Positions 28,691-39,785 of a stretch of DNA of 64,000 nt are shown here, one piece after another. The notes below the pieces were generated by a model. That model worked only from the letters and a program-made list of their open reading frames with translations, made no database searches and was not told where the DNA came from. A program made the position numbers and the translations under genes. The DNA is from Thermodesulfobacteriota bacterium (lineage in GTDB: Bacteria; Desulfobacterota_D; UBA1144; Nemesobacterales; JAJCZQ01), in assembly GCA_965215275.1 (NCBI GenBank), contig OZ244044.1:1600001-1664000 (forward strand), given 5' to 3'. Every line of letters begins with the position of its first letter. The stretch's first letter is position 1.

Positions 28691-29593
28691 TTACCTGTAG
28701 TCCACTTTTTTGTTTATTACGCCGTAGAAGATCCCTATCAGGAATCCCATGCTGAACCTGAACTGATTCTTATATTTCTCATTAAACTGTAAAACACCAA
28801 GAGGTAAATACCTGCAGCCGTTCATAAGTAACAAGATCCATATGGCAAAAGGATATTTATCTTTTAATCCGTAGTAGGAAAGCCCTACGGCTGCTGATTT
28901 ATTATAGCTTTGCTGGATTAACGGAGGATGATAATAAACTAATTCCGGACTTTTTACCAGTTTTTTATTTCCTATACTGAGCCTTATCGTAAGTTCCACG
29001 TCTTCCTGCCCGATTATCTTTGAATTAAATCCTTTTAGTTCGATCAGGGTTTTTCTCGAATACGCCATACATTTATTGGCGGGGAAGAAAAGATCATGAA
29101 ACTGGTATTTACTCCTGCTGAGACAAAAGCTGGGACGGCCCATTGGAATTACTCCATCTGGCTTTTTTTGTTCAAACGTTTCAAGCAGCAGGGTCAGGAA
29201 GTTACTTTGCAGAATTACCGTGTCATCGTCCAAAAAAAGTATGTATTTTCCCCTGGAAGAAAGTATTCCTGCGTTTCTGGAGTAACCCATAATTCCGAAA
29301 TTTTTCTTTAAAGGCATGTAGGTTATGTTCAGGCAGTCGGAAAATTCCTTTGCCGTCTCACTTCCTTCGGATGTTCCGTTCCTGTCTTCTACCAGCAGGA
29401 CTTCGAACCTGCTCTTGTTAATATCCTGTTCTTTCAGGCAGGACAGGATGTTCCTCAGGGACCCGGTCCTTCCATAGAAGTTAATTACGCAGGATATATC
29501 GCAGGTTACCCGTTCATCGATCGCTGCGTCTCCATGGACGGGTATGGGGAACGGTTTATTGAGAAGAGTTAGAATTTTGGATCTGAATCCCAT
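28691..29593 (-). CDS. Glycosyltransferase family 2
   Basis: SRNAG, FLDDD, GQED. Confidence 0.85.
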   Translation of the reverse strand: MGFRSKILTLLNKPFPIPVHGDAAIDERVTCDISCVINFYGRTGSLRNILSCLKEQDINKSRFEVLLVEDRNGTSEGSETAKEFSDCLNITYMPLKKNFGIMGYSRNAGILSSRGKYILFLDDDTVILQSNFLTLLLETFEQKKPDGVIPMGRPSFCLSRSKYQFHDLFFPANKCMAYSRKTLIELKGFNSKIIGQEDVELTIRLSIGNKKLVKSPELVYYHPPLIQQSYNKSAAVGLSYYGLKDKYPFAIWILLLMNGCRYLPLGVLQFNEKYKNQFRFSMGFLIGIFYGVINKKVDYR

Positions 29594-29671
29594 AAAATTT
29601 TTCAGCTTTATGATTTTTTAAATATAATTCAGGTAGTTTCACAATATTGAAAGAAATGGTTTACATCTGCC

Positions 29672-30250
29672 TTGAATAAAGATCTGCTTTACGACCTGGA
29701 GAGGTATTATAGATCCAAAGTTCCCAAAAGGGAAATAGGTAAGAGGGATTATGTCCATGCATCTGTTGCTGTGATTTTAAACAGGGACCTGGATATTCTG
29801 TTCATTAAAAGAACTGAAAGATCTGATGACCCTTACTCGGGACACGTGGCTTTCCCGGGCGGCAAAAAGAAAGAAGAGGAGGATATAAAGTTCACTGCCG
29901 TCAGGGAGGTTAACGAAGAGGTTGGGATTGATCTTGAACGTGATGCAAGGGTCATTGGTGAAATGGACTCCATACATCCGCTGAACCCGCAAGGTCCCAG
30001 ATATATCGTCACACCGTTTGTCGCAGTTCTGGAAAGGGCAAAGGACCCTGTTATAAGTGAAGAAGTCGACCGGTGTATATGGATCCCGTTATTTCATTTT
30101 TTTAACGCCGATAACATGAGACTCAGGATCAAAGAGAGAAACGGTGTTCGCACAGAGGATTTTGTGTATAGATACGGAGAATTTATTATTTGGGGAATGA
30201 CGGGGAAGATAGTAAACTTGTTTGTAAACAACGTTTCTGTTATTCTCTAA
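29672..30250 (+). CDS. Nudix hydrolase, CoA pyrophosphatase-like
   Basis: [19 protein letters not shown]udix box, IWGMT. Confidence 0.88.
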   Translation: MNKDLLYDLERYYRSKVPKREIGKRDYVHASVAVILNRDLDILFIKRTERSDDPYSGHVAFPGGKKKEEEDIKFTAVREVNEEVGIDLERDARVIGEMDSIHPLNPQGPRYIVTPFVAVLERAKDPVISEEVDRCIWIPLFHFFNADNMRLRIKERNGVRTEDFVYRYGEFIIWGMTGKIVNLFVNNVSVIL

Positions 30251-30299
30251 TGCCAGTAAATCAGACTTCCATAACGGAGATTTTGCACGGGAGATAAAA

Positions 30300-30767
30300 A
30301 TGTCGGTCAATAAAGCTATCTTAATAGGTCATCTTGGTGATAAGCCGCAAGTGCGTTACACTGGAAGTGGTCAGTCGGTCGCAAACTTCTCTATGGCTAC
30401 CAATGAAGTTTTTAATGATAAGGAAGGTAACAGGCAGGAGCGTACCACTTGGCATAGAATAGTAGCCTGGGGCAGACTTGCGGATATATGTGATAAATAT
30501 CTCAATAAAGGTAATATGGTTTATATCGAAGGTACAATTCAGCACAGATCATGGGAAGATAAAGAAGGTAATAAGAGATGGAGCACCGAAATAGTAGCAA
30601 GACAAATGCAGATGCTTGGGCAAGCTGGAGAAAGACCGGAGCATGGGCATACGGGGGGTGAGCATGCTTTTTCAGATCAGGGTCCTTCTGAAAAAGAAGG
30701 TGAAGATGCTCCTGGTATGAACTTTAACGAAGAATCAGTAAGCACTGATGATGATATTCCCTTCTAA
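30300..30767 (+). CDS. ssb: Single-stranded DNA-binding protein
   Basis: [17 protein letters not shown]-terminal DDDIPF. Confidence 0.97.
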   Translation: MSVNKAILIGHLGDKPQVRYTGSGQSVANFSMATNEVFNDKEGNRQERTTWHRIVAWGRLADICDKYLNKGNMVYIEGTIQHRSWEDKEGNKRWSTEIVARQMQMLGQAGERPEHGHTGGEHAFSDQGPSEKEGEDAPGMNFNEESVSTDDDIPF

Positions 30768-30824
30768 TATCGGACGATTTGTGGTCAAAGGGACTTCCTT
30801 CATTATGAAGCCAAGGATACGTCG

Positions 30825-32204
30825 ATGTCCCTGGCTGCCTTAGTTCTTGCAGCAGGCAAGGGGAGCAGGATGAAGTCGGACCTGCCGAAGGTCATTCATC
30901 CCATTCTCGGCAAGCCTATGATAGGTTACGTTCTGAACGCGGTCAGGTCTGCAGGTCCCGACAGGATATGCGTTGTCTTAGGGTATAAGGGAGACGTAAT
31001 AAGAAACTATTTAGATGGGTTGTCCTCGGGCGTTGAGTATATTGTTCAAAGCCGTCAGCTTGGAACTGGTCACGCTGTTTCCATGGCAGGATCACACCTC
31101 AGATCATATAAAGGAAATATCCTTATAATAAACGGGGACTCTCCTGCGGTTACGGGAGGTACGTTGAAAAAATTGATCAGAGGGCATGTAAAAAGCCGTT
31201 CCGTACTTTCCTTTATATCTTCTGAACTGGAGTGTCCAGGTGGGTACGGGCGTGTAGTTCGGGACGAGAATAAAATACTGAAGTATGTCGTTGAGGAAAA
31301 AGATGCCTCTGTCAAAGAAAGACGGATCAGAGAGGTCAACGCGGGAATATACTGTGTCAGGGGGGATCTTCTCTGGGATGCGTTAAAGCACCTGAGATCG
31401 GACAACAGACAGCGGGAGTACTATCTGCCCGATATAATTGGTTACGCCGTTAAAAAAGGTTTTAAGACCTCAGTTCATAGAGTTACCGACCCGGATGAAA
31501 TACTTGGAATAAACGACAGGTCGGAACTTGTGAACGTGGAGAGTTATCTGAAGGAAAGAATATTAAAAGATCTTCTTGCAAGAGGCGTGACCATAACGGA
31601 CCCCGTGTCGACCTTTATTGCTCCCGACGTTAAAATTGGAAAAGATACTGTAATATATCCAGGCACTTATATATACGGAAATACAAAAATTGGCAGGTCG
31701 TGCACGATAGGTCCAAACGTGTATATGGAGAATTCAACTTTAGGTAACGATGTCAGTGTAAAATTTTCTTCTCATCTGGAAGGATGTGCCGTAAAAAATA
31801 ACGTTACGGTCGGTCCGTTCGCACGATTAAGACCGGAAGTACGCATAGGAAGTAACTCAAAGATAGGGAATTTTGTGGAGATAAAGAAATCGGACATTGG
31901 TAATGGCAGCAAAGTTCCGCATCTGTCGTACGTGGGGGATGCGACCGTGGGAAAAAAGGTCAATATAGGAGCTGGCACCATTACCTGTAATTATGACGGG
32001 GTCAGCAAAAACCAGACCGTTATAGAGGACAACGTTTTTATAGGTAGCGACAGCATGCTCGTTGCTCCTGTTAAAATAGGCAGAGGGTCCGTTACCGCCG
32101 CGGGGTCTGCAATAACAAAAGACGTTGAAAAAGATTCTCTTGCTATTGAAAGAAGCCGGCAGAAGACGATAAAAGGGTGGGCCAAGAGAAAAAAAAGAGA
32201 ATAA
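30825..32204 (+). CDS. glmU: Bifunctional UDP-GlcNAc pyrophosphorylase/acetyltransferase
   Basis: LAAGKGSRMKS.LPK, EYYLPD, HLSYVGD, GTITCNYDG. Confidence 0.97.
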   Translation: MSLAALVLAAGKGSRMKSDLPKVIHPILGKPMIGYVLNAVRSAGPDRICVVLGYKGDVIRNYLDGLSSGVEYIVQSRQLGTGHAVSMAGSHLRSYKGNILIINGDSPAVTGGTLKKLIRGHVKSRSVLSFISSELECPGGYGRVVRDENKILKYVVEEKDASVKERRIREVNAGIYCVRGDLLWDALKHLRSDNRQREYYLPDIIGYAVKKGFKTSVHRVTDPDEILGINDRSELVNVESYLKERILKDLLARGVTITDPVSTFIAPDVKIGKDTVIYPGTYIYGNTKIGRSCTIGPNVYMENSTLGNDVSVKFSSHLEGCAVKNNVTVGPFARLRPEVRIGSNSKIGNFVEIKKSDIGNGSKVPHLSYVGDATVGKKVNIGAGTITCNYDGVSKNQTVIEDNVFIGSDSMLVAPVKIGRGSVTAAGSAITKDVEKDSLAIERSRQKTIKGWAKRKKRE

Positions 32205-32205
32205 G

Positions 32206-34038
32206 ATGTGTGGCATAATGGGTTATATCGGCGATCCTGGAAGTACCGTGGACGTGCTGTACGACGGTCTTAGATCTCTTGAGTACAGGGGCTATGACTC
32301 TTCAGGTATCTGCGTTCTGGGCGAAAGTGGCCGGTCTGTCATAAAAAGTGAAGGCAATCTTGATAATTTAAAGGTCAAGCTGAAAGCTGAGACGGTCTCC
32401 GGTAAGGTCGGTATAGGTCACACCCGCTGGGCAACTCACGGTAAACCAACGGAGCAGAACGCCCATCCTCACGTATCGGGACGTATAAGTATCGTTCACA
32501 ATGGCATAATTGAGAACTTTGCAGAGTTGAGGGACGATCTGATATCGAATGGACACGAGTTTTATTCCGATACCGACACTGAAGTAGTTGCTCATTTAGT
32601 GGAGTATTTTATTCAGCTTGGTAATTCGTTCGAGGGATCCGTAAGGAAAGCATTCTCAAAAGTTGAAGGTTCTTATGCAGCAGCGGTACTTTTTAATGAC
32701 GAGCCTGAAAAAATTATTGCCATTAGAAAGTTCTCCCCTCTCTTGATCGCTGAAAATAAAGGTGAGAAATTCCTGGCTTCGGATTTGCAGGCCGTACTGC
32801 CTCATTCAAAAAGTATAATATTTCTGGAAGATGGGGATGTTGCCGTTATCACTCCCGGCCTTGTTAAGATTACAGACGCTGAAGGAAAAGAGGTTAAAAG
32901 GGTCCCTAAGACCATTAACTGGGACCCGGTATCGGTCGAGAAAGAAGGGTACCGGCACTTTATGCTGAAAGAGATATATGAACAGCCAATGGCGCTGCTG
33001 AGCACTATGAGAGAAAGGTTCGGAAGTGAACGGTGCTCGGTGTATTTTAACGAATTAAGCTCTCTTGAGATTGATGAGATCGTAAAAGTACTGATTCTCG
33101 GATGTGGCACTTCATACTACGCCGCACTTATTGGGAAATACATTATGGAATCCCTTGCACGTATACCGGTGGAAGTTGACCTGGCCTCTGAATTTCGCTA
33201 CAGGGATCATATTATTGATAAAAACACGTTAGTTATTGCAGTTTCTCAATCTGGAGAGACCGCGGATACTTCTGAGGCCTTGCTGGCTGCAAGGAAAGAG
33301 GGTGCCAGGACCATAGGTCTTACGAACGTTGAGATGAGCAAGATAGCAAGGGATTCCCATTATTCGATCTATACCAAGGCAGGTCCGGAAATAGGCGTGG
33401 CCTCTACCAAAGCTTTTACAACTCAGGTGATCAACTTTTATTTACTTTCCATCTTTTTAGGTATTAAAAAAGCCAATATAAAAAATGACAAGGCCGAGCA
33501 CCTGATCAGGGAGGTTATTTCCATTCCGAAGATCCAGAACTTGGCTTTACAACTGAACGACGAGATAAAAGTTCTGGCGAAGGAGTTTTACAACTATAAA
33601 AATTTTATATATCTTGGTCGAGGGGTCAACTATCCAGTGGCACTTGAAGGTGCACTTAAACTGAAGGAAATTTCATACGTTCATGCCGAAGGTTATGCCG
33701 CGGGTGAAATGAAACACGGTCCAATAGCATTAATTGATGAAAGTATGCCCGTTGTTGTTATTGCCCCGAAAGATGAAGTCTACTTTCAGAAGATCCTCGG
33801 GAACTTGCAGGAAATAAAAGCCAGGGGTGGCAGGATAATAGTTATTACTTCGGAAAAAAAATTGATAGATCTGGTCGATAAGAACGACAGGGTAGTCATC
33901 ATTCCAAGATGCAGCGAGTTCCTGTCCCCCTTGATCACAGTTGTGCCTTTACAGTTCCTTGCATATCATATTGCCAATACGCTGGGGACGGATATTGACC
34001 AGCCGCGAAACCTTGCCAAAGTCGTTACGGTGGAATAA
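32206..34038 (+). CDS. glmS: Glutamine--fructose-6-phosphate aminotransferase
   Basis: MCGI, GHTRWATHG, SQSGETAD, PRNLAKVVTVE. Confidence 0.98.
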   Translation: MCGIMGYIGDPGSTVDVLYDGLRSLEYRGYDSSGICVLGESGRSVIKSEGNLDNLKVKLKAETVSGKVGIGHTRWATHGKPTEQNAHPHVSGRISIVHNGIIENFAELRDDLISNGHEFYSDTDTEVVAHLVEYFIQLGNSFEGSVRKAFSKVEGSYAAAVLFNDEPEKIIAIRKFSPLLIAENKGEKFLASDLQAVLPHSKSIIFLEDGDVAVITPGLVKITDAEGKEVKRVPKTINWDPVSVEKEGYRHFMLKEIYEQPMALLSTMRERFGSERCSVYFNELSSLEIDEIVKVLILGCGTSYYAALIGKYIMESLARIPVEVDLASEFRYRDHIIDKNTLVIAVSQSGETADTSEALLAARKEGARTIGLTNVEMSKIARDSHYSIYTKAGPEIGVASTKAFTTQVINFYLLSIFLGIKKANIKNDKAEHLIREVISIPKIQNLALQLNDEIKVLAKEFYNYKNFIYLGRGVNYPVALEGALKLKEISYVHAEGYAAGEMKHGPIALIDESMPVVVIAPKDEVYFQKILGNLQEIKARGGRIIVITSEKKLIDLVDKNDRVVIIPRCSEFLSPLITVVPLQFLAYHIANTLGTDIDQPRNLAKVVTVE

Positions 34039-34344
34039 GCCGTTGTTGCCTGTAGGTGCCCTTAAGCCAGCTAAAGACGTGACAGTTATCTTAACTTTTT
34101 AAGTTAAGTGGATCATATTAACAGCTGTCTTTCTCTTACGACCTTCATGCTGTTACACAAGACAGTACTATGATGATCAGAACTGCCTGCCGCCCTGATA
34201 TTTTATAACACAACGAATTTTCAGGTATCCTTGACCGAGTTTTAATTCATGTTTATACGTTTCAATGTGTATCTGAATAACCAGCAGATTCTATGATAAA
34301 ATATATCCTGTTAAGTTCTGACCTTACCCGGTATTGAAAATAAA

Positions 34345-35280
34345 ATGGAAATAATTTACAACCCTGAAGAACCATTAGCTTTTTCAACATCAGTGGCAAT
34401 AGGGAACTTTGACGGAGTTCACTTAGGACACAGGTACGTTATTGATTTTTTACGGAAGGTCTCCTCGGCAAGATCTTCAAAGTTGTGCGTCGTTACGTTC
34501 GACCCTCATCCGCAAAAAGTTCTATCAAGAAAGGAAGTAGCTCTTATTATGCCGTTTCGGGAAAAGATCAAACTACTTGAAAGCCTGGGCGTTGACGTGA
34601 CGGTTTGTTTGAGCTTTACACGGAAGTTGTCAGAAATGACCGCTGAGGATTTTGTAAAAAAAATACTGGTCGACTTACTGCGGATCAGAGACATCATCGT
34701 TGGTCCGGGTTTTATGTTCGGAAATAAAAGACTGGGAAATACTGGGCTTCTGAGCAGTCTTGGCGAAGTATACGGTTATGATACCACCGTTTTACAGCCA
34801 AAGGTTATGAACGATGAAAAAATAAGCAGCAGCCTGCTCCGCAGACACCTGCTGGATGGAAACGTTCAGGTAGCCAACGGGCTTCTGGGATATACGTTCT
34901 TTATAGAGGGAGTTGTGGTCGAAGGAGAGAAACGAGGAAGAAAGATCGGCTTTCCAACCACTAATGTCAGGACCGATTGGGAACTGCTCCCAAGGCCGGG
35001 AGTATATGCAACTTATGCGGTTATTAAGGGCAGACGTTTTAAAAGTATTACTAATATAGGCTATCGGCCGACTTTCGGTGAAAGTGACCTCCTTGTTGAA
35101 ACGTACATATTTGATTTCTCGGAGGATGTTTACGGTGCCGTCATCAGGGTTGAGTTCGTTAAAAGATTAAGGGACGAGAAGAAGTTCAACAGCGTGAACG
35201 ACTTGATTTCCAGGATAGAACTTGACGTAAAAGAAGTTAGGGACATTTTAGAAAAAGACGGCGAGGAACGTTCTTTATAA
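34345..35280 (+). CDS. ribF: Riboflavin kinase/FAD synthetase
   Basis: GNFDGVHLGH, GFPT.N, NIGYRPTF. Confidence 0.96.
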   Translation: MEIIYNPEEPLAFSTSVAIGNFDGVHLGHRYVIDFLRKVSSARSSKLCVVTFDPHPQKVLSRKEVALIMPFREKIKLLESLGVDVTVCLSFTRKLSEMTAEDFVKKILVDLLRIRDIIVGPGFMFGNKRLGNTGLLSSLGEVYGYDTTVLQPKVMNDEKISSSLLRRHLLDGNVQVANGLLGYTFFIEGVVVEGEKRGRKIGFPTTNVRTDWELLPRPGVYATYAVIKGRRFKSITNIGYRPTFGESDLLVETYIFDFSEDVYGAVIRVEFVKRLRDEKKFNSVNDLISRIELDVKEVRDILEKDGEERSL

Positions 35281-35286
35281 CAGATC

Positions 35287-36162
35287 ATGTCGGATATGAA
35301 TATAAGTTCCACTACAAGGACCTATGCAATATTTGGACATCCGGTCAAGCACAGTCTGTCGCCCGTGATGCATAATGCAGCATTCAAAGAGCTTGACATG
35401 GACGGTGTTTACGTTGCATTTGACGTAGCACCCGAAAACATAGGAATGGCCATAAACGGGATCAGGTCTCTTGGCATATCGGGTGTAAATATAACTATCC
35501 CTCACAAGGAAAGCGTAATGAACCACCTTGATGAGATCTCTGATGATGCAAAACTCGTAGGGGCGGTCAACACTATAAGCAACGAAAGGGGCAGACTGAT
35601 CGGCTACAACACGGACGTGAACGGGCTGCTGAGGGCGATCAGAGACGTTCTGAACTTTACCCCCGACGAAAAAAAGGTCCTTCTGATCGGTGCTGGCGGA
35701 GCGGCAAGGGCGGTCATAGCTGGATTGGGGCGGTCTGGCGCTTCGGAAATAGTCATTGTGAACAGAACGTTGCTCAAGGCCGAACGTCTTGCAGATGAGT
35801 TCAGTGGCCATTTCTCAAAAGTAGATATAAAGGCAGTAATGCTCGAGGACGATAAGGAGGTCAGACGGCATATACAGGAATGCGACATCCTTATAAATGC
35901 CTCTTCTGCCGGTATGAAGGAAAAAAATTTGCTGAAACTTCCTTTGCACCTGCTTTGCAGAACTGCCGTGGTGTATGATCTTGTTTATGACCCGAGAGAT
36001 ACCCAGCTTGTAAAGGACGCGAGAGAGATAGGTATTTCAGCAAGCTCAGGACTGAGCATGCTTCTTTTTCAAGGTGCCGAGGCATTTGAGATATGGAACG
36101 GGGTGCCTGCCCCGCTTAAAGCGATGAGAAAGGTCCTGGATGGAGGAAAGGATATATCATGA
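35287..36162 (+). CDS. aroE: Shikimate dehydrogenase
   Basis: HSLSPVMHN, NITIPHK, GAVNT, GAGGAARA. Confidence 0.96.
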   Translation: MSDMNISSTTRTYAIFGHPVKHSLSPVMHNAAFKELDMDGVYVAFDVAPENIGMAINGIRSLGISGVNITIPHKESVMNHLDEISDDAKLVGAVNTISNERGRLIGYNTDVNGLLRAIRDVLNFTPDEKKVLLIGAGGAARAVIAGLGRSGASEIVIVNRTLLKAERLADEFSGHFSKVDIKAVMLEDDKEVRRHIQECDILINASSAGMKEKNLLKLPLHLLCRTAVVYDLVYDPRDTQLVKDAREIGISASSGLSMLLFQGAEAFEIWNGVPAPLKAMRKVLDGGKDIS

Positions 36163-36356
36163 AAGTCGTAAGTCCTGCCGGAGAATTTGAGATCACGGTA
36201 AATGAATCAAGCGTTGAAGATGGCAAGATAGTTATTAAGGGTCAGATGGGCGTTTGGGATTCCAGTATATACATGGAGACCTCTGACGTTATTAAATTCA
36301 CAAGGATATTCCTGAACCCGAGAGTTATATGGTATCTGCTTAGATCTTTGTTCTGA
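36159..36356 (+). CDS. Small hypothetical protein
   Basis: ATGA overlap with the aroE stop, AGGA RBS. Confidence 0.6.
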   Translation: MKVVSPAGEFEITVNESSVEDGKIVIKGQMGVWDSSIYMETSDVIKFTRIFLNPRVIWYLLRSLF

Positions 36357-36427
36357 TCTTGGTCTGCGGTATTACATGTCAGGCTACGTGCATTAAGGGA
36401 AAAAAGCCCAGAAGTGCAGATCTGGCC

Positions 36428-36910
36428 TTAGTTCTCAATAAAGTCCAGTGCGGCGGAATTTATACAGTATCTTTTTCCAGTGGGTTTGGGACCATCGTTA
36501 AAAACGTGCCCAAGGTGTTCTCCACACCTGCTTGATACGATCTCCCACCTCAGGTATCCAAGTTCACGATCAGGGAGCAGTTTAACTGCATCTTCTGAAA
36601 TAGGTTGCCAGAAACTGGGCCAGCCCGTTCCGGAGTCGTACTTGTGTTCAGAGTGAAAAACGGGCTGCTTGCATCCCGCGGTTACGTAAATCCCATCTTT
36701 CTTGTTGTTAAGCAGGTCGCCGGTGTATGGCCATTCAGTGCCTTTTTCCCATAGGACCTTGTATTCCAGAGGGGTTAGCTTTTCTTTCCACTCTTTCTTG
36801 CTTAAACCCATCACACCTTCGGGCAGTTTACTATTGCTGTCGTCGCTCAAAAGGTTCTTCATGGAAAAGGAAGCAAGTACTATAACCAGGATAAAAACGT
36901 ATTTTTTCAT
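36428..36910 (-). CDS. msrB: Methionine-R-sulfoxide reductase with N-terminal signal peptide
   Basis: KYDSGTGWPSF, HLGHVF.DGP, RYCINS; start at MKKYVF chosen (ORF extends to 36970). Confidence 0.93.
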   Translation of the reverse strand: MKKYVFILVIVLASFSMKNLLSDDSNSKLPEGVMGLSKKEWKEKLTPLEYKVLWEKGTEWPYTGDLLNNKKDGIYVTAGCKQPVFHSEHKYDSGTGWPSFWQPISEDAVKLLPDRELGYLRWEIVSSRCGEHLGHVFNDGPKPTGKRYCINSAALDFIEN

Positions 36911-37061
36911 TTTTAACTTATACGACCTGTCCAGTATATTGCTCTTAAATATATTACATAACGGGATCAATTCAAATTCATCTGCTGGTCATATATCTCG
37001 ATCTTGGGTTTTATTACAGCATTTATGATCGTGTAAATATACAGAGATAAAGGAGAGCAAA

Positions 37062-38456
37062 ATGCCAAAAAAATTAAAAGTTCTGACAGCGTACGACGAG
37101 AAGGTCATAAAGGAGCTGCCTTATGATAGTGCAAAGAAAGCAGAAAGAGCTCTTGCTGCCGCGAGAAGTCTTGCGGACGACAGGAGCAGATGGCTGACCG
37201 GTGCTGAGAGGATCAAGATACTTGAAAAGGCAAAATCCATAGTCGGGCAAAGGTACGACGAGATCGTAAAGACCTCATCAATGGAAGGGGGCAAACCTCT
37301 GATCGACACGAGGGCTGAACTTACAAGAGCAATAAACGGGATACAGGTAGCAATAGAGGAGGTCAGCAGGCTGACCGGCAGGGAGATAGCCATGAACATA
37401 AATGCTGCTTCGATGAACCGTATGGCATATACGTTCAGAGAACCGATCGGAGTGGTGTTTGCGATCTGTGCGTTCAATCATCCATTCAATCTCTGCATTC
37501 ATCAGGTAATAACCGCCGTTGCAACTGGATGTCCTGTTATTATCAAGCCTGCCAGTACAACCCCACTGTCGGCTGTTACACTGGTGGAAATACTGCACGA
37601 GAGCGGACTGCCGAAAGAATGGGCACAGGTACTGATCCTGGAGGACCGTATTGCTGAAAAACTGGCAACTGACAGAAGAGTCAACTACTTGACTTTTATC
37701 GGTTCTGCAAGGGTCGGATGGTATCTCAGGTCCAGGCTGGCACCTGGTACGAGGTGTGCACTTGAACATGGCGGGTCAGCACCTGTAATCTTTGAAGCCG
37801 ACGCGGACATCGATAAGGCCTTGCCGCTGCTTGCCAAAGGTGGATTTTATCACGCTGGCCAGGTCTGCGTTTCTGTTCAGAGGATATTTGCTCATCAGGA
37901 TGTTGCACGCAGAGTTGTCAGGGGTCTGGCAAAGATCGCAAAAAAGCTGAAGGTGGGTGACCCGCTGGATGGCAGGGTTGATGTTGGACCGTTGATATTG
38001 CCAAAGGAAGTTAACAGGGTTCACAGATGGGTCGGAGAAGCCGTAAGCAGGGGAGGGGAGCTTATCTGCGGCGGCAGGAAATTAAGCAGGACCTGCTATG
38101 AACCGACCGTCATACTTAATCCTCCACAGAACGTTAAGGTCTCGCGTGAGGAAATATTCGGTCCCGTGATCGCCGTCTACAGCTATAAAGACCGCAGAGA
38201 CGCCATCAAGCTGGCGAACGGTATCCCGTCTTCGTTTCAGGCAGCGATATTTACCAAGGACATTGACGCAGCGCTCGACACGGTTAAAAAGATAAACGCC
38301 TCAGCTGTTATGGTAAACGACCACACTGCTTTCAGGGTCGACTGGATGCCTTTCAGAGGTGCAAAGGAGTCCGGTATCGGAACGGGTGGTATACCTTATA
38401 CCATGCACGAAATGACGGAAGAGAAGCTAATGGTCATCAGGTCAGAGGTATTATAG
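37062..38456 (+). CDS. Aldehyde dehydrogenase family protein
   Basis: FNHP, LEHGG, GQVCVS, EEIFGP. Confidence 0.92.
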   Translation: MPKKLKVLTAYDEKVIKELPYDSAKKAERALAAARSLADDRSRWLTGAERIKILEKAKSIVGQRYDEIVKTSSMEGGKPLIDTRAELTRAINGIQVAIEEVSRLTGREIAMNINAASMNRMAYTFREPIGVVFAICAFNHPFNLCIHQVITAVATGCPVIIKPASTTPLSAVTLVEILHESGLPKEWAQVLILEDRIAEKLATDRRVNYLTFIGSARVGWYLRSRLAPGTRCALEHGGSAPVIFEADADIDKALPLLAKGGFYHAGQVCVSVQRIFAHQDVARRVVRGLAKIAKKLKVGDPLDGRVDVGPLILPKEVNRVHRWVGEAVSRGGELICGGRKLSRTCYEPTVILNPPQNVKVSREEIFGPVIAVYSYKDRRDAIKLANGIPSSFQAAIFTKDIDAALDTVKKINASAVMVNDHTAFRVDWMPFRGAKESGIGTGGIPYTMHEMTEEKLMVIRSEVL

Positions 38457-38543
38457 GGGTCCGGTCCGCTGTTAGCAGCTGCATATGACGTTCTGTCTGC
38501 TTCGGACCGTTCAGGAGGAGTAACGTCAGCAGTATTTTGCAGG

Positions 38544-38852
38544 TCAGAACATACCGAGACTTTCCTTTGCGTCGTCGCTCATCATGCTGGGTTCCCAGGG
38601 TGGGTCCCATACTATTTCTATATTTGCCCCGGATACTTCCGGCAGGTCTTCAAGAAGCAGTTTTGCTTCAGTTACTATCTGCGTGGCCGCGGGACAGCCG
38701 GGAGACGTCATGGTCATGTTCACGTTGACGACGTCGTTCTGTATTTCCACTCCATAAACCAGACCGAGGTTAACTATATCTACTGGTATCTCGGGGTCGT
38801 ATATATCACTTAATGTCTCATATACTTTTTTTTCGGTTACAGGTGATTTCAC
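38544..38852 (-). CDS. DUF59/SufT-like Fe-S cluster assembly protein
   Basis: DPEIPVDIVNLGLVY, TSPGCP, PPW. Confidence 0.9.
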   Translation of the reverse strand: MKSPVTEKKVYETLSDIYDPEIPVDIVNLGLVYGVEIQNDVVNVNMTMTSPGCPAATQIVTEAKLLLEDLPEVSGANIEIVWDPPWEPSMMSDDAKESLGMF

Positions 38853-38919
38853 TTTTTCCCTCTTTGCTGTACAATCGCTTAATGATCCGTTCTCATGTCT
38901 TGAGTACCGGTTGCTAAAA

Positions 38920-39435
38920 TTATATCAGGGATTTTACAACGTCCAAAACCGCACGGTAATCTGGTTCCTCGGATATCTCCTTTACATATTCGGCGTACCT
39001 TACGACGTTGTCTTTATCAACAACGAATATAGCCCTTGCCAGTAAGCGATTTTCCTTGATCAGCACTCCATAGGATTCTCCGAACGAGGCATGCATATAG
39101 TCAGAGATATTCCTTAAATTTTTAATCGAAGCACTGTTGCAGTATCTGTTTTGTGCAAAAGGCAGGTCCATGGAAACGGTCAGTATCTCAACGTCGTCCG
39201 GCAGGGTTGCGGATTCATCATTGAACCTCCTGGTCTGAACGTCACATACCGGTGTATCGATCGAGATTACCACGTTAAAAACCTTTACCTTGTTTTTAAA
39301 AGTGGAAAGTGATACAAAGTTGCCAAGACCTTCCACTGCTTTAAAATCAGGTGCCTTATCCCCTGCCTTGATCTCCTTTCCGATCAAGGTTAACGGATTG
39401 TTCTTCAGTGTCACGGCTGATGGTCTTTCTTCCAT
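38920..39435 (-). CDS. tpx: Thiol peroxidase
   Basis: SIDTPVC, SMDLPFAQ.RYC. Confidence 0.93.
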   Translation of the reverse strand: MEERPSAVTLKNNPLTLIGKEIKAGDKAPDFKAVEGLGNFVSLSTFKNKVKVFNVVISIDTPVCDVQTRRFNDESATLPDDVEILTVSMDLPFAQNRYCNSASIKNLRNISDYMHASFGESYGVLIKENRLLARAIFVVDKDNVVRYAEYVKEISEEPDYRAVLDVVKSLI

Positions 39436-39455
39436 AATGGTTAAACCTCCTTAAC

Positions 39456-39779
39456 TTATATTTTCTTGTTGGTTTCTTCATTTATCCTGTCGGCATTTTG
39501 TTTAGCGTCAACGATCGAGTACACCCATAGTATAGCCCCTGCTATAAAATACCCGACGAACACGATCATTGTAGGGCGACTTACGCTTTGAGCATCCTCT
39601 ATCACGGCTGCTAATGGCTCCCTTATCAGAAAGTTTATTAACATGTTAAGACCGATGAAAAAGAGTCCCTTTTTTACCTCGGAGTTATATACCTGTCCAA
39701 GTCCTGGAAGAAGGGCGGACAGCACGATCGCAACGGTCGGGTTCTTTACCTTTTTATTTCCATTGCCGTCTTTGTTCAT
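39456..39779 (-). CDS. Small membrane protein (TM2/DUF5683-like)
   Basis: LSALLPGLGQVYN and W.YSIVDA. Confidence 0.7.
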   Translation of the reverse strand: MNKDGNGNKKVKNPTVAIVLSALLPGLGQVYNSEVKKGLFFIGLNMLINFLIREPLAAVIEDAQSVSRPTMIVFVGYFIAGAILWVYSIVDAKQNADRINEETNKKI

Positions 39780-39785
39780 CAGTAC

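Noticed and set aside
34000..34344. Tn7-like insertion at attTn7 downstream of glmS
   Set aside because: Only about 300 bp of intergenic DNA precedes ribF; no tns genes or recognisable Tn7 ends.
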